Virus record (IMG/VR): IMGVR_UViG_3300020185_000024 | Location: 26,667 to 90,666 of that record | DNA length: 64,000 nt | Source: a virus | Strand: one strand, 5' to 3' | Shown here: positions 1-8,813 of the stretch, piece by piece | How the letters are laid out: the number at the start of each line of letters is the position of its first letter | Numbering within the stretch: position 1 is the stretch's first letter | Position numbers and translations under genes: made by a program | Notes under the pieces: model-generated | Databases searched by the model: none | What the model saw: the letters and a program-made list of their open reading frames with translations, nothing else | Told to the model about the DNA's origin: nothing

Positions 1-6
1 AACGCA

Positions 7-237
7 ATGACGGTGATTGGAGAGATAGCTAACTCACCTGAAGCTAAAGTGTTTATTAAAACAAATGAACATGGTGCAGCTAACTTACTATTTGAAATGG
101 AAGAAAGTAAAGTAATGTACAAAGAACTTAAAAGTAAATCTCCTTACGTTAAAAGGGGCCTTTTCTTGAACCGATTAGTAGAAATACTAATAAAAGGTAG
201 CGATAGCAGTTATAAGTTAATCCATGTAAAACCATAA
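7..237 (+). CDS. Hypothetical protein (possibly 5'-truncated by window edge)
   Basis: ORF track; tightly coupled to the next gene; no recognisable motif. Confidence 0.55.
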   Translation: MTVIGEIANSPEAKVFIKTNEHGAANLLFEMEESKVMYKELKSKSPYVKRGLFLNRLVEILIKGSDSSYKLIHVKP

Positions 238-239
238 AG

Positions 240-443
240 ATGGCAAGCGATAATATTTTAACAATATTGAAAAGTTGGGGTAATGTGATATACACTAATC
301 CTACGATAGAAAAAGAAGCCGAGAGAAAGCTGATTATTTGTAATACCTGCTCTTATAGAGAAGGATATAAATGTGGAGCATGTGGTTGCCCTCTTATAGC
401 TAAATCTAGAGGGAATAGCAAGTGTCCTAAGAACAAATGGTAA
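240..443 (+). CDS. Small Cys-rich putative zinc-binding protein (DUF6171-like)
   Basis: Seen: CxxC...CxxCGC...CP..KW pattern. Family name is recalled, not searched. Confidence 0.6.
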   Translation: MASDNILTILKSWGNVIYTNPTIEKEAERKLIICNTCSYREGYKCGACGCPLIAKSRGNSKCPKNKW

Positions 444-610
444 TGATAGGAGCAATACCTCTAGATGAGGCAGTAGAAACGATTAAAAAGTATGTTAAGG
501 CAAGGAAAGGAGTAGAGCTTTCAGAAAATATATATTATTTTGGTTATCAATATGAGATGACAGGTCATATGTATAGAATAGCTAAAAAATGGTTAGACGA
601 TAACAAATGA
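443..610 (+). CDS. Small hypothetical protein (55 aa, MIGAIPLDEAVETIKKY...), not in ORF track
   Basis: Read from sequence; TAATG overlap with the upstream stop and ATGA overlap with the downstream start. Confidence 0.65.
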   Translation: MIGAIPLDEAVETIKKYVKARKGVELSENIYYFGYQYEMTGHMYRIAKKWLDDNK

Positions 611-681
611 TAGCAGTATTAATAATAATGGCAGCTTCTACTGTATATGTAGCATTTATGAAAATGATTGATAAGGAGTGA
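607..681 (+). CDS. 24-aa single-TM micropeptide (MIAVLIIMAASTVYVAFMKMIDKE)
   Basis: ATGA overlap with the upstream stop; hydrophobic stretch followed by a charged tail. Confidence 0.45.
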   Translation: MIAVLIIMAASTVYVAFMKMIDKE

Positions 682-750
682 ACAAAGAAAAAGAGAAGCA
701 GAAAAAGAAATAGTATCTTATTATATAATACCTTTTCTGCATGGACCACG

Positions 751-758
751 CAAAGCTA
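751..758 (-). promoter_or_regulatory. Putative Bacteroidota sigma-A -7 element (TAGCTTTG), leftward
   Basis: CAAAGCTA on + reads TAGCTTTG on -, matching TAnnTTTG, in an intergenic gap. Confidence 0.4.
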
Positions 759-825
759 ATCTTTTTTACTATACAAAAAACTTTTTAACAATATTTTTTT
801 AATTTTTTTATTCGGAATAATTTTA

Positions 826-833
826 TATATTTG
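826..833 (+). promoter_or_regulatory. Putative Bacteroidota -7 promoter element (TATATTTG)
   Basis: Matches TAnnTTTG at the end of an AT-rich gap, 4 nt before ATG 838. Confidence 0.55.
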
Positions 834-837
834 TTAA

Positions 838-1593
838 ATGGAACATGTAATATGGACAGGGCAAGAAGGAGCTACACAATTTGAAGAAGCTATTGATCAA
901 CATCTTCAGCAAAACACTTTTCAACAAACTATGACAGCTACAACAAGAACAGTTAGATTTAGTCCTCAAGATTCAATCCCAGCAGGATCAGGATCAGAAT
1001 TAATAGAAGATATGGAAAATACTAATAGTAGATGGTATAGTCAAGAACTACTTAACGCTTACAATAATTATCTTCATAATAATATAGGATTCTCTAGAGA
1101 AACAACTAATGATTCTTTTGGATGGGCGACAGAAACAAATGCTGATCAAGCAGTAGAATACTTAAGAGAGTCTGAACAAAAACTAAAGCTTACAAAAGAC
1201 TTTTTAGAAGGAAAAAGAAAACTACTAGATGTGAAAGAAAATAAATACACTATAAAAGATATAATTCCTAATTACGATAACTTTGTAGCAGAATTAAAAA
1301 TTAAACTAAAAAAAGAAGCTGAGGAACGTAAACTTAAAGGAAACATTAAAGCTAATCCTTCTTCTAAAAGAGTACTAAAAGAATTATCGGATGAAGAAGA
1401 GCGTGCAATAAAAGCTTCAAAAAGAAAAGGAGACTTAGCATGGAAAAGAGCGCCAAGTCAAATATCAGACACTGTTATAGCAACAGGAATGGCAACAATG
1501 GCTACTCAAAACTTAAACAATGCTCCTACAAGTAGAAATGAGCAATTAAAACAACAATGGATAAATTTTCAACAAAGAAATGCACGAACTTAA
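838..1593 (+). CDS. Hypothetical protein
   Basis: 251-aa ORF with a Lys/Glu-rich helical C-terminal half. Confidence 0.65.
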   Translation: MEHVIWTGQEGATQFEEAIDQHLQQNTFQQTMTATTRTVRFSPQDSIPAGSGSELIEDMENTNSRWYSQELLNAYNNYLHNNIGFSRETTNDSFGWATETNADQAVEYLRESEQKLKLTKDFLEGKRKLLDVKENKYTIKDIIPNYDNFVAELKIKLKKEAEERKLKGNIKANPSSKRVLKELSDEEERAIKASKRKGDLAWKRAPSQISDTVIATGMATMATQNLNNAPTSRNEQLKQQWINFQQRNART

Positions 1594-1801
1594 TAATATA
1601 GATTACTTAAAAGATCTAGAAATAGAACAACCTGAAGTAATATTACAAATATTTAGTTCCGATGGAGAACTAAAAGATACCTATGTAGGGTACACGGCAA
1701 TTGAAGACTATATTGATAGTCAAGAATGGAAAATAAAAAAAGAAGAATATAATGAAGCAAAAAGTAATAACAATAAAGAGTCCTCTGAGGAGGTTTTTTA
1801 G
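1580..1801 (+). CDS. Small acidic hypothetical protein
   Basis: ORF overlapping both neighbours in an operon-like fashion. Confidence 0.5.
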   Translation: MHELNNIDYLKDLEIEQPEVILQIFSSDGELKDTYVGYTAIEDYIDSQEWKIKKEEYNEAKSNNNKESSEEVF

Positions 1802-2138
1802 AGAATACCTTGAGGCAAAAAAAGCTATTCATAAATTACCTAATCACGAAGCCTCTTTATTAGCAGAGCTAATGTACCATTATCATATTCTTAAGCAAGC
1901 TATGCCTGTAGACAAGTATAGATGGAAAGTGTTATTTGATTATGATACTAAAATGGAAATGAGAAATTACTTAGGTATTTCAGGACAAGCATTAGAAAAC
2001 AAATTGACAATGCTCAGAAGAAAAGGATTTCTAGTAGACAATAAACTGTCTCCAACTTATATTTTAGATCCAGAAAATAGCTTTATGTTAGTATATAAAT
2101 GGGATATAGATGCAGAAAACTCTGAACCAGATACTTAG
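1752..2138 (+). CDS. Winged-helix DNA-binding protein
   Basis: EMRNYLGISGQALENKLTMLRRKGFL is an HTH plus wing pattern; similar genes lie upstream of the terminase in crAss-like phages (recalled). Confidence 0.65.
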   Translation: MKQKVITIKSPLRRFFREYLEAKKAIHKLPNHEASLLAELMYHYHILKQAMPVDKYRWKVLFDYDTKMEMRNYLGISGQALENKLTMLRRKGFLVDNKLSPTYILDPENSFMLVYKWDIDAENSEPDT

Positions 2139-2364
2139 AGATTTAAATCAAAAGTATAACGTTCCTCAAAAAGTAATTTTAGCTATAGGAGAATCTCCGT
2201 TTAAATTTACAAGAGAACAATTAAAAGATAACGATATTGAAAAAGAAAAGGAATTTAAAAATTTTAGGTATCCTTACTTAGGACAATTATGTACTACTTC
2301 TGAAAGAATAGTAGCAATAAGAAAAACAATAAAAAAGAAGAATGAACACAGAAGAGGCAAATAA
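2110..2364 (+). CDS. HU/IHF-like small DNA-binding protein
   Basis: Two N-terminal helices then NFRYPYLGQL, resembling the HU 'v.l.gfG.F' strand. Confidence 0.5.
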   Translation: MQKTLNQILRDLNQKYNVPQKVILAIGESPFKFTREQLKDNDIEKEKEFKNFRYPYLGQLCTTSERIVAIRKTIKKKNEHRRGK

Positions 2365-2716
2365 GCTTTATACAGAAGGCGGAATACAATACGAAGAAGT
2401 AACTACTCCAGATGGAAAGCAGTTGAAAGTTAGATATGATGATTCTTCTAAAAGATTAGAAGAAGATGAGGAAACTTTTCAAGAATATAAGTTTAGACAA
2501 AAAGCTTTGAAACGTTTTAAAAAGTCTAGAAACAAAGGATTTTTACATTGGCATAGAGAATGGGGCCCAATGACCGAAGCTAAAAAAAATAAAGTAAGAC
2601 AGTATATGGGGGCAGACGATGAGACTAAAGAAAAGATTCTAGCCCAAGCTGAAAACATGAGCAAAGAAGCAGTTATTGCAAAACAAATAATGAAAAACAA
2701 TGAGCAAATCGGATAA
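2342..2716 (+). CDS. Hypothetical protein
   Basis: ORF track, overlapping neighbours. Confidence 0.6.
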   Translation: MNTEEANKLYTEGGIQYEEVTTPDGKQLKVRYDDSSKRLEEDEETFQEYKFRQKALKRFKKSRNKGFLHWHREWGPMTEAKKNKVRQYMGADDETKEKILAQAENMSKEAVIAKQIMKNNEQIG

Positions 2717-3065
2717 TAAATTACCTTTTAAGGTACTAGGAAGAAAAGTAGTAGTAGCCAATCCTATGACAAATTTTAATACTAATTTAATTATAGGAGA
2801 AAAAGAAAGAAGAGCTATGGCTGAAGAACAAATAAAGAACTTAGCTAAGACTGAAGTTCTTCAAGTAGGTGAAGCTATTGAGCATATTAAACTAGGAGAT
2901 ATGATATGCATTAAACAACTCAGTAGAGGACGTTATGAAATCATAGAAATACCTAAAGTAAAAGAAGAAGCTTCTATAATTGAAACAGAAGACTCTAAAG
3001 AGAGCTCAGGACCAGAATTATATTTTGTTTTTGATGAAATGGATGTACTAGCTATCTATGAGTAA
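2700..3065 (+). CDS. GroES/Cpn10-like co-chaperonin
   Basis: KVLGRKVVV ... EVLQVGE..HIKLGDMI ... YFVFDEMDVLAIY align by eye to GroES PLgDRVvV / VlAVG..vKvGD.V / y.i..e.DILA. Confidence 0.7.
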   Translation: MSKSDNKLPFKVLGRKVVVANPMTNFNTNLIIGEKERRAMAEEQIKNLAKTEVLQVGEAIEHIKLGDMICIKQLSRGRYEIIEIPKVKEEASIIETEDSKESSGPELYFVFDEMDVLAIYE

Positions 3066-3366
3066 GATTGGAAAAATATATAAAGGAAGTCAGCTACAAC
3101 GGTTGGCTTCCTTTTTAGGTAGTGCTCCAAGATTATACAGGAGTAAAACGTTATTAATAGAAGTATTAGCTGTAGGAGATTTTGAATTTAGACATGTTCT
3201 CGATAGAGGAAAATATAAACTTATATCTAATCCTAAACTAAAAAAGGAAAACTCTTTAAAAGCAGAAAAAGAACTGAAAAACGAAGAAAAGAAATATAAA
3301 AGTATATTTATTTCTTCTTTTGAAGATAAAAACAAGCCAGGCTATTACGATAGAAAATTAAAATAA
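3058..3366 (+). CDS. Hypothetical basic protein
   Basis: ORF track, translationally coupled. Confidence 0.55.
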   Translation: MSKIGKIYKGSQLQRLASFLGSAPRLYRSKTLLIEVLAVGDFEFRHVLDRGKYKLISNPKLKKENSLKAEKELKNEEKKYKSIFISSFEDKNKPGYYDRKLK

Positions 3367-3923
3367 TGGAATTATTTGAAGTAGACCAAAACAACAATGT
3401 AACTTTTTCACCTGAAGCATTAACTTTAGCTCCATTTAAGAAGTTATGGACCAGAGATAGAAATAGATTAAAGAAGAATGCTATAGAGCAAATGTCTTAT
3501 ATTTATTTCATGTGTGATTATAAATCAGACTATAACAACATAAGAGACTTGCAAGAAAGAAGCGAAATAGTTAAAGAAGCTTGTGTTTCAGATATAAAAG
3601 GATTTAAGGAAGATTCTGATATTAAAGCTGCTATGAAATTTTATACAGATAGATCTAGAACAGTTTCTATGAGTTTATTAGAAAACGCTAGAGATGCTGT
3701 AGACAGACTCTCGATCTTTCTAGCTACTATAGATTTTTCAGAACTAGATAATAAAGGAGGACTTAAGTTCAATCCTAAACAAATATCTGATACTATAGCT
3801 ACTTTAGGAAAACAAGTAGATTCTTTAGCTGCATTAGAAGAACAAGTTAAAAAAGAAATATCAGCTAAGAGCGAGTTACTTAAAGGCGGAAAAGAAAAAT
3901 CAATACTAGAAGACGGAGCTTAA
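3366..3923 (+). CDS. Conserved crAss-like protein, candidate terminase small subunit
   Basis: Immediately upstream of and TAATG-coupled to TerL; helical with a C-terminal coiled coil. Function inferred from position. Confidence 0.5.
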   Translation: MELFEVDQNNNVTFSPEALTLAPFKKLWTRDRNRLKKNAIEQMSYIYFMCDYKSDYNNIRDLQERSEIVKEACVSDIKGFKEDSDIKAAMKFYTDRSRTVSMSLLENARDAVDRLSIFLATIDFSELDNKGGLKFNPKQISDTIATLGKQVDSLAALEEQVKKEISAKSELLKGGKEKSILEDGA

Positions 3924-6211
3924 TGAAACATAAATTATTCAATCAATTACAAAGCCAATTATCTGATGAACTTCTCTCTGAATTTGACGGAGCTACCATC
4001 AGTGATATTTATGAGGCAATAGAGCAAATACCGTTAGTAGATACTCTCACAAATCCAAATAGAAGAAAGATAGCAGATGTAGAGAAAGACTCTGAAGGAA
4101 AGCTGATAGTAGATATAACCAATCTACATATTTTAGAAGACATGCCGTACTTTAGAAAAGCTGCTGCTCACTTTGAAGAATTTGGAACATATACTAACCT
4201 ATATCCTAATAAAAATCCTAATTCAGAATATATAAAGTTCTGGAGAGAAGAAGCTAGAAGATGTAGAGAAGGTTATATTAGAGAATCTGACGGTGAATGG
4301 ATACCTGGAGACTTTTATTTTTATCTTAATTATTCTCCTATTATGGTAACTGTTGCTATAGAAGGAAACACTACAGAACTAGGAGACTTTGAAGAAGCAG
4401 ATAGAATAGAAGGATTTCCTTTCATCTATGATGGCGATTATATGTATTATCATTATCTGGACCAAGCTAGAAGAAAAGGACATCATGGATTTGTACTTAA
4501 GTCTAGGGGTAAAGGATTCTCGTTTAAAGGTGGTTCAGGATTAGCTAAAAGAGCTATACTAGGAGAAAACACTAAATCTCAAAAGAACGTAAAAGCATTT
4601 GCTTTAGCAAACGAAAAAGAATACCTTATAAAAGATGGGGTAATGAACAAGTTTGTAGACGTTATAGACTTCTTAGGTACTAATACTCCTTGGCCTAGAA
4701 GAAGAGAACTTAAAGATTCTATAGGAAATATGCACTGGAAGTTAGGATATAAAGATCCTCTTACAGGTATAGAAAAAGGAATTAAGAATGAGATAATGGG
4801 AGTTACCCTTAAAGATGATCCTCAGAAAGCAAGGGGTAAAAGGGGAACTTATCTTATTTGGGAAGAGGTAGGAAAATTTAAAGCTTTTATAAAGGCTTGG
4901 GGTATTGCTAGACCTTCAGTAGAAGACGGTAATTTTGCATTTGGTACTATGATTGCTTATGGTACTGGTGGTACAGAAGGAGCTGATTTTGAAGGTGCTG
5001 AACAAGCTTTCTATAATCCTGGAGGACACAATATATATGGACTTAAGAATATTTTCGATAAAAATGCTTCTACGGCACTATGTTCATTTTTCTTTCCAGA
5101 ATACTTAAATAGATCTGGATGTTATGATGAAAACGGTAACTCTGATGTTGTAAAAGCATTATTACAATTATTCTCAGCAAGAAATAAAATTAGATTTGGT
5201 ACTTCAGATTCTAATATATTAATCCAAGAAAGAGCAGAGAGACCTATTACTCCTCAGGAAGCTATTATGCGTAAGGAAGGTTCTATTTTTCCTGTACTTG
5301 ATTTAAAAGATTTATTAGCTAACATAGAACCCAATAGGTCTTCTTTTATTGCCCCTCACTATGTAGGTAGACTTTCTAATACTGCAGAAGGAAATATTTC
5401 TTGGAAACCTGACCCTAATGTAAACATATTAAGAAATTATCCTATAGATAAGTCCGTATCTAAAGTAGGAGGAATTGAAATATTTGAACAACCTGTAAAT
5501 GGTCCTAGAGGAGTACCTCCTCATGGAGTTTATATTGCAGGTACTGACCCTGTAGATGATGACCACTCTAGTACAGATTCTGTATGCTGTACTTATATCA
5601 TGAATGTAATGACAGATAGGATAGTAGCAGAGTATACTTCTAGAGAACATACAGCAGAAGAATATTACGAGAATACTTTAAGATTGCTTAAGTATTACAA
5701 TGCCCAGTGTAACTATGAAAATGACAAGAAAGGTATGTTTGCTTACTTTAAGAAAAAGCATGCTTTACACTATCTTGTAGATACTCCAGAAATACTTAGA
5801 GATATGGATATGGTTAAAGGAATTAATCACGGAAATAAATCTAAAGGTACTAACTCAGGTAAAAGAATTAATGAATGGGGTAGAAGACTGGCGGCAGACT
5901 GGATGTTATCTCCAGCTTATGATACAGATCCTGAAGCAGAAACTGTAATGAATATGTTTAAGATTCGTTCTATAGGACTTATAAAAGAAGCTATTGCTTG
6001 GAACATGGATGGAAACTTTGACAGAATATCTGCAATAGGCATGTTAATGATACTTAGAGAAGAAAGAATAAATAGAGTGCCCACCTATGAAGAAAAACCT
6101 AAAAGTGATATGGGAGATGAATTTTTTAATAAATGGTTTCAAAAACATTCTGGAGCTGCTGTTCCTACAAGGAATGGTCAAGCACTAGGAGGAAAATTTA
6201 ACCTATTATGA
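3923..6211 (+). CDS. terL: Terminase large subunit (crAss-like type)
   Basis: Walker A-like LKSRGKGFS, Walker B IWEEVG, GTGG coupling motif, RNase H-like nuclease YIAGTDP and NFDRISA. Confidence 0.93.
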   Translation: MKHKLFNQLQSQLSDELLSEFDGATISDIYEAIEQIPLVDTLTNPNRRKIADVEKDSEGKLIVDITNLHILEDMPYFRKAAAHFEEFGTYTNLYPNKNPNSEYIKFWREEARRCREGYIRESDGEWIPGDFYFYLNYSPIMVTVAIEGNTTELGDFEEADRIEGFPFIYDGDYMYYHYLDQARRKGHHGFVLKSRGKGFSFKGGSGLAKRAILGENTKSQKNVKAFALANEKEYLIKDGVMNKFVDVIDFLGTNTPWPRRRELKDSIGNMHWKLGYKDPLTGIEKGIKNEIMGVTLKDDPQKARGKRGTYLIWEEVGKFKAFIKAWGIARPSVEDGNFAFGTMIAYGTGGTEGADFEGAEQAFYNPGGHNIYGLKNIFDKNASTALCSFFFPEYLNRSGCYDENGNSDVVKALLQLFSARNKIRFGTSDSNILIQERAERPITPQEAIMRKEGSIFPVLDLKDLLANIEPNRSSFIAPHYVGRLSNTAEGNISWKPDPNVNILRNYPIDKSVSKVGGIEIFEQPVNGPRGVPPHGVYIAGTDPVDDDHSSTDSVCCTYIMNVMTDRIVAEYTSREHTAEEYYENTLRLLKYYNAQCNYENDKKGMFAYFKKKHALHYLVDTPEILRDMDMVKGINHGNKSKGTNSGKRINEWGRRLAADWMLSPAYDTDPEAETVMNMFKIRSIGLIKEAIAWNMDGNFDRISAIGMLMILREERINRVPTYEEKPKSDMGDEFFNKWFQKHSGAAVPTRNGQALGGKFNLL

Positions 6212-6279
6212 TAATAAAATATAACCTAACTCATAATAAATAAAGCACTCTGATACATTAATGTTAATTATAATATAGA

Positions 6280-6287
6280 TAAGTTTG
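6280..6287 (+). promoter_or_regulatory. Putative -7 promoter element (TAAGTTTG) for the portal operon
   Basis: TAnnTTTG match in the terL-portal gap. Confidence 0.55.
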
Positions 6288-6306
6288 TCAGCTTAGATAA
6301 TAAATT

Positions 6307-8709
6307 ATGACACTTCCACTTTCCTCAAATAATCATCAGTTTCCTTCTCAAAGAAAATCTATTGCTCAAAAAACAGAGACATGGGCTAAAGCATGCATAG
6401 ACGCTGCTCAACAACATTCTCTTTATACCAATGAAGGATTTAGACAATCCTACCAAAACAAAAAGACTAATTACAACTTGTATTCTAACGTACTTGATCA
6501 GGAAGATGTAGAAAAAGTATGTAATCCTTTTGGATTAAGCGGAATGGCTATACCAGCTAAAATGCAAAACTATCCTATATCAGCTCCTAAAATAGACTTA
6601 TTAGTAGGAGAAGAACTTAAACGAAAGTTTGACTGGAAAGTAAGAGTATCTAATGACGATGCTATATCTTCTAAAGAATTGCAAAAATCTAAAAAGATAA
6701 AAGACTATATCAAACAGCTCATTGAAGAAACTCCAGAAGAAGAAATGGAACATGAGCTTAAAGGTTATATGAAATACTTAAACTATGAGTGGCAAGACTT
6801 CAGAGAAGAAGCAGGCAGCAAACTCTTAAACCATATTTATAAACGACAAAATCTAAAAAGAAAATTTAATAAAGCTTTTAAAGATGCTTGCATATCAGGA
6901 GAAGAAGTTGGATTATGGGATATAGTAGCAGGAGAACCTGTTTGCGAAATTGTAAACCCACTTAAGATTCATACTGTAAGATCAGGAGAAAGTCCTTATT
7001 TTGAAGATGCTGATATTATAGTTATAGATACTTACATGTCCCCTGGACAAGTAGTAGATCAATATTGGGATGTTTTAAATGCTAGTCAAGTAAAAGAAAT
7101 AGAAAGTGGATTTACAACGTCTTCTGCAGGAGGAGGAAAAAGAGGATTTAACGACTTAGGAGATAGTCCAGATTTAGCACTAAGGTTAGACTCTAATATA
7201 GATACTACTCAATTAGAAAAAGATATAAGTTTTGGAGCACCAATAGACCAGGATGGGAACATACGAGTTCTAAGAGTATATTGGAGATCAATGAGAAAAA
7301 TGCAATGGGTAACAACCATTAATGATTGGGGAGAAGAAGAAAAAGAATTAAGAGATGAAAACGATATTGTTGATAAAACTTTAGGCGAAACTTCAAAAAC
7401 TATTTGGATATCTGAATGGTGGGAAGGTCACAAGATTGGCGGAAAAGCTAACGCTAAAGACAAAGGTGGAATTTATACTCGTCTTCAACCAAAGAAACTT
7501 CAATATAGAAATATACAAAACCCTAGCAGATGCCATCCTGGTATTGTAGGAACTCTACACAATACTAATGATAGTAAAGTAGTAGCTCCTATGGATATGA
7601 TGAAACCATATCAGTATATGTACAATGTTCTTATGTACAATACAGAAATAATGATTGCTAAAAACTGGGGTAAGATTATGCGCTTACCTATGCATGAAAA
7701 GCCAGACGGATGGCAGACAGAGCAATGGTTAGCTTTTGCTAAATCAATGAATGCTCTTCCTTATGACGCTTTCCAAGAAAGCACTAAAGGAGCATCTCAA
7801 GGTAAATTAGCAGGAGCAATGAACCAAAGTTCTCCAATGATTGACATGGAAATGGGAAACTCTATTCAGCTTTATATGAATATGATGGACCATATTAAAA
7901 ATGAAATGGGAGAAATAGTAGGAGTATCTAGGGCCAGACAAGGTCAGATATCTTCTAAAGAAGCTGTAGGTAATGTTCAAAGAGAGATTATTCAAACCTC
8001 TCATATAACTGAATGGTTATTTGCAGCACACGATGACTGGAAACTCAGAATGTTAACAATAGGTTTAGAAACAGCTAAAATAGCTGTAAAAGATAATCCT
8101 AAAAAATATCAAGATGTCCTAGGAGACATGTCCACGCTAATATATCAATTTGGTGACAATGATTCTCTTGAAGCAGATTTTGATATTTTTATTTCTGATT
8201 CTAACAGAGATACTGGACTTTATGAAATGATGAAAGAACTTGCTCACGCAGGTATTCAGAATGATAAAATGAACTTCTCTACACTAATGTCTATATACAT
8301 GGACGATAGTTTAGGTTCTATTAGACGTAAAATAGAAGCTTCTGAAAAAGAATCTGAACAAAGGCAGGAACAAGCAAGAAAAGAAGAACTACAAGTACGG
8401 CAACAGAACATAGAGCAAACGGCAGCAGATTCTGAAGCTTTAAGAGAATGGGAAAAAGAGAAAATTTATCTGCAAGAAAGTACTAAGCTAGAAATAGCAG
8501 GAATTAATCAAGAAAGAAACGAAGATGATGGAGGTAAATCTCTTTTAGAATTAGAGAAGCTAAGAGAGACAGCGGCAAAGAATGCTGCAGACATCAAATT
8601 CAAATATGATCAATTAAGAGAAACATCTAATAAAAACTCTAAAGATCATGAAATTAAAAGAAAACAATTGGCTATACAGAGACAACGACCAGCAGCTTCT
8701 TCTAGGTAA
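6307..8709 (+). CDS. Portal protein
   Basis: 800 aa after TerL; NYPISAPKIDLLVGEE, IRVLRVYWRS, EWWEG and GVSRARQGQI motifs typical of crAss-like portals; C-terminal coiled coil. Confidence 0.88.
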   Translation: MTLPLSSNNHQFPSQRKSIAQKTETWAKACIDAAQQHSLYTNEGFRQSYQNKKTNYNLYSNVLDQEDVEKVCNPFGLSGMAIPAKMQNYPISAPKIDLLVGEELKRKFDWKVRVSNDDAISSKELQKSKKIKDYIKQLIEETPEEEMEHELKGYMKYLNYEWQDFREEAGSKLLNHIYKRQNLKRKFNKAFKDACISGEEVGLWDIVAGEPVCEIVNPLKIHTVRSGESPYFEDADIIVIDTYMSPGQVVDQYWDVLNASQVKEIESGFTTSSAGGGKRGFNDLGDSPDLALRLDSNIDTTQLEKDISFGAPIDQDGNIRVLRVYWRSMRKMQWVTTINDWGEEEKELRDENDIVDKTLGETSKTIWISEWWEGHKIGGKANAKDKGGIYTRLQPKKLQYRNIQNPSRCHPGIVGTLHNTNDSKVVAPMDMMKPYQYMYNVLMYNTEIMIAKNWGKIMRLPMHEKPDGWQTEQWLAFAKSMNALPYDAFQESTKGASQGKLAGAMNQSSPMIDMEMGNSIQLYMNMMDHIKNEMGEIVGVSRARQGQISSKEAVGNVQREIIQTSHITEWLFAAHDDWKLRMLTIGLETAKIAVKDNPKKYQDVLGDMSTLIYQFGDNDSLEADFDIFISDSNRDTGLYEMMKELAHAGIQNDKMNFSTLMSIYMDDSLGSIRRKIEASEKESEQRQEQARKEELQVRQQNIEQTAADSEALREWEKEKIYLQESTKLEIAGINQERNEDDGGKSLLELEKLRETAAKNAADIKFKYDQLRETSNKNSKDHEIKRKQLAIQRQRPAASSR

Positions 8710-8813
8710 GAAAAAGCTATAGTAGAGGTATAAATTTTTATGCTATTTGCTCAACAATCGTTATATCAAGTTAGTTAATTTGTTTATTTGTATTACAAAG
8801 GAAAAGAAGAAAA

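Noticed and set aside
8710-8813. Promoter upstream of the scaffold-MCP operon
   Set aside because: Several TTTG words are present (TTAATTTG, TTTATTTG) but there is no exact TAnnTTTG, so a site could not be placed
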